This document shows, piece by piece, positions 9,969-17,341 of a DNA stretch of 28,361 nucleotides. The notes under the pieces were generated by a model. It was not told where the DNA came from. It saw nothing but the letters and a program-made list of their open reading frames with translations, and did not search any database. Location: assembly GCA_038851565.1 (NCBI GenBank), contig JAWCKV010000008.1, positions 1 to 28,361 on the forward strand. The letters are read 5' to 3'. Within the stretch, counting starts at the first letter, position 1; each line of letters starts with the position of its first letter. Both the position numbers and the translations under genes were made by a program. The stretch is from Candidatus Hadarchaeales archaeon. Its GTDB lineage: Archaea > Hadarchaeota > Hadarchaeia > Hadarchaeales > Hadarchaeaceae.

Positions 9969-11108
9969 TTGAAGGTAAAAAACGCGGCGCTGACCGGAGT
10001 GCTCGTCTTTGGTATAGTGAGCCTGCTCGGAGACATAATTTACGAGGGATCTAGAGGAGTAATATCTCCGTTTCTCTACAACCTCGGGGCATCGGCCGCC
10101 GTTGTTGGTCTGGTGCTGGGGGCCGGGGAATTCGTGGGATACGCGCTGAGAGGGATCTTCGGCGCGCTTTCAGACAGGACGGGCTCCTACTGGGGCATGA
10201 CGATTGGCGGATATTTCCTCCTGATATCGATTCCTCTTCTGGCGGTCGCGGGAAGATGGGAAACGGCGCTTGTCCTGATCCTGTTCGAAAGGCTCTCAAA
10301 AGCCGTGAGAACCCCTGCGAGGGACACTCTTTTGTCTCACGTGACGAGAAAGATTGGAAGAGGGAAGGCATTTGGGCTACATGAGCTTCTGGACCAGATA
10401 GGGGCGGTGGCGGGCCCGGCGATTGTTTCAGTCGCTCTGTTTTTTTCCGGCAAATTTGAGATTTCATTTGCCATTCTTGCCGTTCCATACGCGCTCATGA
10501 TGGCCGCGCTGCTGATGGCCCGCAGGAAACTCGGCGCCGCCGCAGAAATAAAAAAATCAGACAAGCGATGGGGCAGTGCTGGATCTGGTTTAATACGGTA
10601 CTCCGCCGCAGTGGCGCTTAACTGTGCAGGTCTAGTGCCAGCTGGCCTGATACTCTACAGGGCAACGGATCTTGGAGTTCTCACCTGGGTCATCCCTCTC
10701 CTATATTTAGGAATTCAGGCGGTCGACGCAATATCCGCTGTGGCCGCGGGATACGCGTACGATTCTACCGGAAGGAAAATCCTGTTCCTGCCATTCGCAG
10801 CCTCACTGATCCCCTCAGTCCTTGTTTTCGGCGGGATCGAATGTGTGTTGGCCTCAGCCATAATTTTCGGGATAATATACGGGATGCAGGAATCGGTTTA
10901 CAGGGCGGCGGTTGCGGACATGACCCCGATCAGCTCAAGGGGAACCGCCTACGGAATATTCCACACATTTTACGGTTTCGGGTTCCTGATCGGAGGCGCT
11001 GTCTTCGGAATGTTTCTGGAGGGATCAATGTGGACGGCAGCTGTCCTCTACTCCATCTGCATGCAGGCAGTTGCGATGGTGCTGCTGGGTCAGAGTCTCA
11101 GGGACTAG
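9969..11108 (+). CDS. MFS transporter
   Basis: About 12 hydrophobic segments, GALSDRTG and [10 protein letters not shown] motif-A variants, [22 protein letters not shown]. Confidence 0.92.
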   Translation: MKVKNAALTGVLVFGIVSLLGDIIYEGSRGVISPFLYNLGASAAVVGLVLGAGEFVGYALRGIFGALSDRTGSYWGMTIGGYFLLISIPLLAVAGRWETALVLILFERLSKAVRTPARDTLLSHVTRKIGRGKAFGLHELLDQIGAVAGPAIVSVALFFSGKFEISFAILAVPYALMMAALLMARRKLGAAAEIKKSDKRWGSAGSGLIRYSAAVALNCAGLVPAGLILYRATDLGVLTWVIPLLYLGIQAVDAISAVAAGYAYDSTGRKILFLPFAASLIPSVLVFGGIECVLASAIIFGIIYGMQESVYRAAVADMTPISSRGTAYGIFHTFYGFGFLIGGAVFGMFLEGSMWTAAVLYSICMQAVAMVLLGQSLRD

Positions 11109-12037
11109 TCCCTCACCCCGGCCTCCACAATCTGAAATGTTGCCGACTCCTGGGGCAGGCAGGGATGATCCACTATCGTCGCGGTGCGTGAACCGGCCTT
11201 TGCTTTTCTCAGATAAACTCTGGCGGTCACCGCATGACCCAGAACATGACCGCCAACAGGCCTGGTTGGGTCACCGAAGAATACGTCCGGCCTGGCCTGA
11301 ACCTGATTTGTCACCAGCACGGCCAGATCGTTGAGTTCCGAGACCTTGTGTAGCTCAGCTATGTGTCTTCCGAGCTTCTGCTGCCTCTCGGCCAGAGCGC
11401 CGCGCCCGCAGTACTCCGTTCTGAAGAGGGCCGTCAGAGAGTCTATCACCAGCAACCTTATGCCCTCCGTCTTTGCCATGTCGGAAACTTTCTCGGCAAG
11501 CAGCATCTGATGATCGGTCGTATGTGCCCTTGCCACGTATATCCCGTCCAGGGCTACCTTGGGGTCGAGTCCGACGGCCATCGCCATCTGTGATATGCGC
11601 TCCGGCCTGAAAGTGTTCTCTGTGTCTATGAAAACCGCTCTCCCGCCGAGCCCCCCCTGCTCCGGAGAAAGCTGCACGTTGACGCAGAGCTGGTGGGCTA
11701 TCTGCGACTTTCCTGAACCGAACTCCCCAAAGAGCTCCGTTATCCCTAGAGTCTCCACGCCTCCGCCGAGAATTTTGTCCAGCGATTGACTGCCCGTGCT
11801 GATCCTACCGAGGCTCTTTCTCCTTTCAAGAACATCAATCGCCCGCTCGTACCCCATCTTTGACGCCTCGCGCGCGGCATTGATTATCTTAACCGCAGCG
11901 CGCATTCCAATTTCAGTGGCCTCCATCAGCTCCCCTGTGGTCGCAACCGCTATGCTCTCCACCGAATCATAACCGGCCTGCCTCAGCTTCTCCGCTATCG
12001 CGGGACCAACTCCATCAAGTTCTTCGATTTCAGGCAT
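11105..12037 (-). CDS. radA: DNA repair and recombination protein RadA (no intein)
   Basis: N-terminal HhH ([12 protein letters not shown]), [37 protein letters not shown]; start moved from 12148 to ATG 12037. Confidence 0.97.
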   Translation of the reverse strand: MPEIEELDGVGPAIAEKLRQAGYDSVESIAVATTGELMEATEIGMRAAVKIINAAREASKMGYERAIDVLERRKSLGRISTGSQSLDKILGGGVETLGITELFGEFGSGKSQIAHQLCVNVQLSPEQGGLGGRAVFIDTENTFRPERISQMAMAVGLDPKVALDGIYVARAHTTDHQMLLAEKVSDMAKTEGIRLLVIDSLTALFRTEYCGRGALAERQQKLGRHIAELHKVSELNDLAVLVTNQVQARPDVFFGDPTRPVGGHVLGHAVTARVYLRKAKAGSRTATIVDHPCLPQESATFQIVEAGVRD

Positions 12038-12100
12038 GCTTACCCGGACTGGATATCGTCCAATGTCTCTTATCCCGGTTCGGAGGAGAGGGGTCACCGG

Positions 12101-12121
12101 AATGGTCTTAAAAATCAGACT
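12101..12121 (-). promoter_or_regulatory. Putative radA TATA box embedded in a GTCT-N8-AGAC palindrome
   Basis: Minus strand AGTCTGATTTTTAAGACCAT, about 70 nt upstream of radA ATG. Confidence 0.45.
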
Positions 12122-12286
12122 GAATTTAACTGTCTTTTTTGTGACCATCGCAGTTCAATCATTGGTCCAAACAAAAAAAGACCATAAAACCATCTGAACC
12201 GAGAAAAGTCTCTTAAAACTCAAAGAAAAATCCATCAGACCGCTTATCCCAATTTTCAAATTCCATATCCGTGCCGGACAGAAATG

Positions 12287-12991
12287 CTATGAGATAAGCG
12301 GGAGCACCTCCTCGGTGATGTACGCGAGGAACTCTTTTACCTCCACGCTGGTGAAAAGCGTCACGACGCAGTTTCTGGTTATCCCCACTGTGATGCTCCT
12401 CTTCTGCACCTCGAAAACCGCATACCATATCTGACCGTGTTTCAGGTATTCCTGATAGAGGTTAGTATCGGCCAGCCCGGATCCGGCAAGCGCAAGCTTC
12501 CCTATGTCAGGGATGTCAACGTTATCGAACCATATCAGCTTCGTGGCCCGCGGGTTGGACTCGTGCAGCGTCTTCAGCGTCTCGTGCTTTATCCTCGCCT
12601 CAACTATCGCTCCTGTCTTTATGAACAGAATTTCGCTGAGCCTGTTCGCCACGTAGTTCGTGAGCAGCTTCTTTACACCCCTGGCCTTCGAAGGTGCCAT
12701 GACCACGAGAAAGACCCTGTTTCCGGTTCTCCTGAAAATGAACGGTACCTCCTCCGTCACAACCGTTTCGACCAGGCCCCTTCTATAGTACCTTGAGAGG
12801 ACGAAATCCCTGCTGAAGACCCCGCTCAGCGTGCCGGTCTCCATCTTCAGGTCGATAACCTCAGTTGTGAGAACTGTGTCCTTTCCTCCGACCTGACGCG
12901 GCTCCTCCTCCCTGAAGTGCTTCAGCTTTCTCGCCGCCGTGTTGAGATCCAGCGGCTCCTTCACCTCAAACACCTTCGCAACCAGGACCAA
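12287..12991 (-). CDS. Hypothetical protein (234 aa), divergent from the SMC operon
   Basis: Long ORF with coding-like composition, TTG start with GGTGGGGTG upstream; no family recognised. Confidence 0.85.
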   Translation of the reverse strand: MVLVAKVFEVKEPLDLNTAARKLKHFREEEPRQVGGKDTVLTTEVIDLKMETGTLSGVFSRDFVLSRYYRRGLVETVVTEEVPFIFRRTGNRVFLVVMAPSKARGVKKLLTNYVANRLSEILFIKTGAIVEARIKHETLKTLHESNPRATKLIWFDNVDIPDIGKLALAGSGLADTNLYQEYLKHGQIWYAVFEVQKRSITVGITRNCVVTLFTSVEVKEFLAYITEEVLPLIS

Positions 12992-13064
12992 TCTTACACC
13001 CCACCTGCTTTTATGCGCGTTTTTCTAAATATTTCACCGCCTGAGTTAATAAACGGGAGATAGC

Positions 13065-14927
13065 ATGTCCGGTGGCATGATAAAGGAGATAATACTCGAG
13101 AACTTCATGTCCCACACCTACAGCAGAATCTCGCTCTCAAAGGGACTGAATCTGATATGCGGCCCTAACGGAGCCGGGAAGTCCTCGATACTGCTTGGAC
13201 TGTCCGTGGCGCTCGGGCAGACATACACCGAGCGGTCGAGAAGGCTCAGCGACCTGATCCGGAGGGGGGAGGACATGGCCAGGGTAAGCGTGGTGTTCGA
13301 CAACTCACCCGAGGACGGAAAAAGACCGGTACCAGGAATCGCCGCTGACACAGTAGTGCTGTCCAGATACATGAAGAAGGATGGAACTTACTGGCACGAG
13401 ATAAACGGAAGAACCGTGGTCAAGGGGGAGGTCCTCAGGCTGCTGGCGAGGCTCTCCATAAACCCGGACAACATGCTGATCATAATGCATCAGAACATGG
13501 TCGACCTTTTCGGAGCAATCGACCCGAAGGAGAGGCTCAGGCTCGTTGAGGAGGCTGTTGGGCTGAGGGAGTACAGGGAGCACATACTGGAGGCGAGGGA
13601 GAAGCTGTCGCACACGCTCAGCGAGGAGGAGGCCACGCGCAGCCTGCTGGAGAAGGCGAGGGAGACGCTCCGGTACTGGGAAACCGAGTACCAGCGCTTT
13701 CAGAAAAAGCAGATGCTCGGAGAGAGGAAGAGGGAGCTCGAGGTGGAGTATGCATGGGCAAAGTGCAGGAAGCAGGAGGAAATCGTGGAGAAGCTGAGGG
13801 CGAGGGTTGAGGAGATGAACGCTGAACTGAAGGAGGTGACGGCCGAACTCGAAGCGGGCTCAAGGGACGAAAAGATGCTGGACAGAAAAATGAAGGAGCT
13901 CGACTTTGAGATAGAGTCCGCATATCACAGGCTCATTGACTTGGAGCGCCTGCGAGGTGAAACCGACGCTGGCATCAGACTTGGTGAAACGCTTCCGGGA
14001 GCAAAATCTGGACTCCCGGGCCTGAAAAAGACAGCGGCCGAACTCGAGAGTAAGATAGGAGAAGCGAAAAATGCTCTGGTCGGCCTGAAGGACGAACGCG
14101 CGAAAACACTTGAAAGCTATGTAGACAGCAGGGTCAGGGTGGCGGTCCTCGGGTTTCGGCGAGAGCTTCTGGAGAAGGAGATCTCGGAAGCCATGTCCGA
14201 GCTCCGCAGGGCGAGAAGGGAGCTGGAGGAGCTCGAGGCAGATGCGTCACAGGTGGGCGAAAAAATTGAAACAGATAGGAAACCACAAGACGTGCTTGAC
14301 GAGCTGAAGGTGGTGAACGCACAGCTATCAACCCTCTCCGATGTTTCTCCTGAAGTGGAGAAGATGTACACAAGCTACCAGAGCACCCTCAGGGAACTTG
14401 AGGCCAAGGCTGAGGTCGCCGCCGCCAACAGAAAAAAGGCGCTCGAGGAACTTGACGTCAGAAAGGTGAGATGGACTCGTGAAGTGGCCAAACTCATAAA
14501 TGAGGCGGGCGAGAGATACGCCGCGGTTCTCGACAGGGTGAATGCGAGGGGCGAGGTGAGGGTCACAAACCTCAACGACATCGACGAGGCGGGCATTGAG
14601 ATACTCGTTGGCTTCAGGGGGTCCTCCCCCCAGCTGCTCGACGCGTACACGCAGAGCGGAGGAGAGCGAACGACCGCAATAATGTGTTTTCTGCTAGCGC
14701 TTCAGCAGAAGATAAAGTCACCAATAAGGGCCATCGATGAGTTCGAGGCGCACCTTGATCCAAGAAACAGGGAGACGCTGTTCAAGGGAATAATAGAGTT
14801 CATGAAGGGCGAGGGCACACAGTACCTCGTGATAACTCCGGGACAGCTGGTAAATCTCGAGGGCGTGCCGAACGTGATAATGGTGCAGAACATCGCCGGC
14901 ACCTCCCACGTGAAGATGGTGGTTTGA
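13065..14927 (+). CDS. Short SMC-like ABC ATPase with Smc5/6-type motifs, no evident hinge or zinc hook
   Basis: IILENFMSH, Walker A GPNGAGKS, TERS..LSDLIRRG, Q-loop IMHQN, signature LDAYTQSGGE, Walker B/D-loop SPIRAIDEFEAHLD, QYLVITP; two coiled-coil arms of ~150 aa; alternative start ATG 13077. Confidence 0.93.
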   Translation: MSGGMIKEIILENFMSHTYSRISLSKGLNLICGPNGAGKSSILLGLSVALGQTYTERSRRLSDLIRRGEDMARVSVVFDNSPEDGKRPVPGIAADTVVLSRYMKKDGTYWHEINGRTVVKGEVLRLLARLSINPDNMLIIMHQNMVDLFGAIDPKERLRLVEEAVGLREYREHILEAREKLSHTLSEEEATRSLLEKARETLRYWETEYQRFQKKQMLGERKRELEVEYAWAKCRKQEEIVEKLRARVEEMNAELKEVTAELEAGSRDEKMLDRKMKELDFEIESAYHRLIDLERLRGETDAGIRLGETLPGAKSGLPGLKKTAAELESKIGEAKNALVGLKDERAKTLESYVDSRVRVAVLGFRRELLEKEISEAMSELRRARRELEELEADASQVGEKIETDRKPQDVLDELKVVNAQLSTLSDVSPEVEKMYTSYQSTLRELEAKAEVAAANRKKALEELDVRKVRWTREVAKLINEAGERYAAVLDRVNARGEVRVTNLNDIDEAGIEILVGFRGSSPQLLDAYTQSGGERTTAIMCFLLALQQKIKSPIRAIDEFEAHLDPRNRETLFKGIIEFMKGEGTQYLVITPGQLVNLEGVPNVIMVQNIAGTSHVKMVV

Positions 14928-15718
14928 TGGCTGGCGATAAGCGCGAACTTCTGATGAGGGTGATAGACCTCTGCGAGTCTGTCAGAAAGAAGGGGTTGGA
15001 TCCCTTCGATGTTGAGGTCAGGGAGTTCTTCGACCGCCTCAGAGAACTCCTGCCAAAGCTCAGGAGACAGGAGGAGTTCTACCTCGACATACAGGCAGTT
15101 CTGGGGCTTTCTGAAGTAGTCTACCAGCAGGGAGAGTGGGTGAAGCACAGATCTTCCGCGCTCTATCTGGATCCGCTGCTCGTTATGCTCAAGGTGCACG
15201 CGCTGTCCAATAAGGAGCTCGCCGATGTACTTGTCAGGTCGTGGCATCCGATAGTCGATGTGGAGTGCGTCACCGACAAGGGTTTCAGGGAAGCGATGGA
15301 CTACTGGAGCAATCTTCCGTCACTTGAGGAGAGGCTGCGCGGGCTTGATGTGCCCGAGGTGCTCACCGGTGAGCTCGCCAGGAAAGAACTGGAAAAGATG
15401 GGGGTGCTCTCGGAGGAGGACTTTGTTGTGCTGCTGGACAGGACCTGGCGCGAGCTCAAGGAACAGGCTGGAGGCAGGGGAGAGATTCCGTACTGGGAAT
15501 TCGTGTTCGAGAAGAGCTTCGAGGGCACGATACTCAGAGCATGGCTGGTGAGCTTCCTGGTGAGCTACGGTTACGCGACAATGGAAATCAGACCAATAGA
15601 GGAGGAGATAATTCTGAGGCCCTTGCCGAAGCCGGAGAAGCCGGAGCAGGTGGTCACTTTCTCTGTTCCAATCGCCATATCCCGCGAGGAGTGGCTCAGG
15701 AGGTTAAAAAATGGCTGA
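14924..15718 (+). CDS. Kleisin (ScpA/Nse4-like)
   Basis: N-terminal LDPFDVEVREFFDRL resembles the ScpA 'DPWDIDI' helix bundle; C-terminal winged-helix-like ILRAWLVSFLVSYGYATMEIRPIEEEIILRP; overlaps SMC stop. Confidence 0.72.
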   Translation: MMAGDKRELLMRVIDLCESVRKKGLDPFDVEVREFFDRLRELLPKLRRQEEFYLDIQAVLGLSEVVYQQGEWVKHRSSALYLDPLLVMLKVHALSNKELADVLVRSWHPIVDVECVTDKGFREAMDYWSNLPSLEERLRGLDVPEVLTGELARKELEKMGVLSEEDFVVLLDRTWRELKEQAGGRGEIPYWEFVFEKSFEGTILRAWLVSFLVSYGYATMEIRPIEEEIILRPLPKPEKPEQVVTFSVPIAISREEWLRRLKNG

Positions 15719-16304
15719 AAGCGCCGACGCAGTTGAGATGAGGGAGAAGGTGGCCCGGGCTGCGCAGCTGCTGCTTTTCAGACACCACATGGAGCCGGGC
15801 GCCAAGGTGTGGGAGCTGAGGCGGGCGCTCGGCAGGGACTACGAGCAAGTGATAAAGGTTCTGGACGCAGAGCTCGAGAAGCTCGGGCTGACCGTGAAGC
15901 GCGTGAGCGAGGGTGAGGGGCCATCTGACTCAGACAGGTACTTTGTCACCCTTAGGGGCAATCCAAAACTTGCAGATACGCGCACATTCGGGTGGAGAAT
16001 AGACGACATGGCAATGCTCGCCGTGGTGCTCGCGCAGATACTCGTGAGGGGTGGCAAGGTACAGCTGAAGGAGGTCCACAGGGTGCTGGAGGAGAAATTT
16101 CCAAGATGGAGGATCGAGTCGACGATAGACCGCTTCATAAGGAGGGGCTATCTGAGCGAGGACGAGGAGGGAACGATCTACACGGGATGGAGAACCAGAG
16201 CTGAGATAGACCAGAAGAAGCTTCTCACGATTCTTGTGGGAAAGGAGCCGGAGGCTGGGGAAACGGAGAGCCAGAAGAAAGATGAAGGTTCAGGCACCGA
16301 TTAG
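15711..16304 (+). CDS. Kite subunit (tandem winged helix), Nse3/MAGE-like
   Basis: ARAAQLLLF..ELEKLGLTV..YFV; MLAVVLAQIL..GG; FIRRGYL..YTGWRTRAE resembles the MAGE/Nse3 'v.qgYL..GpRa..E' motif; overlaps kleisin stop. Confidence 0.72.
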   Translation: MAESADAVEMREKVARAAQLLLFRHHMEPGAKVWELRRALGRDYEQVIKVLDAELEKLGLTVKRVSEGEGPSDSDRYFVTLRGNPKLADTRTFGWRIDDMAMLAVVLAQILVRGGKVQLKEVHRVLEEKFPRWRIESTIDRFIRRGYLSEDEEGTIYTGWRTRAEIDQKKLLTILVGKEPEAGETESQKKDEGSGTD

Positions 16305-17279
16305 GTCGACCTCTTTTCCCAGACCCTTCTTAACCGCCTTCCTGTAAACGAACGCTGCGGTGGCGATGTCCTGCACGGCAAGCCCCGTTGAATCAAAAAC
16401 CGTTATTTCGTCGTCGGAAGTCCTGCCTCTCTTCCTGCCGCATACTATCTCGCCGAGCTCCGCGTATATGTGGTCCGTCGTGATTTCATTTTTAGAGAGC
16501 GGCACGTTTATCTCACCGCTGTGCGTGGCCTGCTCCATGTCATCTATAACAAGCTTGGACCTCCTGAGTATGGCAGGATCGAGCTCCTGCTTTCCGGGGG
16601 CATCGGCGCCTATCGCGTTTATGTGAGTTCCTTCCGAAACCCATTCGTTCATCACCAGCGGTACGCGCGATGGAGTTGTGGTCACTATTATGTCCGCACC
16701 CCTCACCGCGTCTTCAACCCTTCGCTCAACGCTCACGCAGATGTCAAGATTCTTTTTCGCCCAAGCAGCGTAATTCCTGGCACAATTCATGTTCCTGCTC
16801 CATGCCCTTACCTCCCCCGGGTCGAACCGCTCTAACAGTGCCATCAGCTGGAAGCGCGCCTGAACACCTGACCCGACCATCCCGACGCTTTCGCTGTTCT
16901 TCCTGGCGAGATGCTTTGCGGCTAGGACCCCTGCCGCGCCGGTTCTGATGTTCGTTATAAAAGTTCCATCCATGACTGCGAGCGGATGCCCGGTTTTCGG
17001 GTCAAGCAGGATTATCGTTGCCATCACCGTGGGCAGTCCACGCTTTTTATTTTTTTGATGAACGTTTACCACCTTAACGCCTGCGGCCCCGATTTTACGC
17101 AAGTACGCGGGCATTGTCCTAAAGTCTCCGTCGTATTCTTCAAAGAACACATATGACTTGGGAGGCATCTGCACCCTTCCCATGCCCTTCTCCCTGAAGG
17201 CAGCCTCCACCGCCCTGATCGCTTCATTCACGCTCAGAACTTTTTCGACCTCAGCTCTCGAAAGAATAAGCGTGCGCAA
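16290..17279 (-). CDS. ala: Alanine dehydrogenase, archaeal ornithine cyclodeaminase/mu-crystallin family
   Basis: VQMPPKSY, GDFRTMPAYL, GVKVVNVH, RTGAAG, GSGVQA, HINAIGADAPGKQELD, FDSTGLAVQD. Confidence 0.88.
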   Translation of the reverse strand: MRTLILSRAEVEKVLSVNEAIRAVEAAFREKGMGRVQMPPKSYVFFEEYDGDFRTMPAYLRKIGAAGVKVVNVHQKNKKRGLPTVMATIILLDPKTGHPLAVMDGTFITNIRTGAAGVLAAKHLARKNSESVGMVGSGVQARFQLMALLERFDPGEVRAWSRNMNCARNYAAWAKKNLDICVSVERRVEDAVRGADIIVTTTPSRVPLVMNEWVSEGTHINAIGADAPGKQELDPAILRRSKLVIDDMEQATHSGEINVPLSKNEITTDHIYAELGEIVCGRKRGRTSDDEITVFDSTGLAVQDIATAAFVYRKAVKKGLGKEVDLIGA

Positions 17280-17341
17280 TTTTTCACCTTATCTACTAGG
17301 CTCAGCATTTTTTAACTTTGAGGGTGCTGGACTCGAATTCA

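Noticed and set aside
12038..12286. Replication origin or 37-aa N-terminal extension of RadA
   Set aside because: No ORB-like repeats or cdc6 nearby; the extension is non-homologous and overlaps the likely promoter
13065..16304. Wadjet (JetABCD), Lamassu or Rad50/Mre11 assignment
   Set aside because: No JetD/Toprim, effector or Mre11 gene adjacent; order is SMC-kleisin-kite rather than jetA-B-C; SMC is far shorter than JetC and has no CxxC hook. The ITP motif alone does not exclude JetC, so phylogeny is still needed
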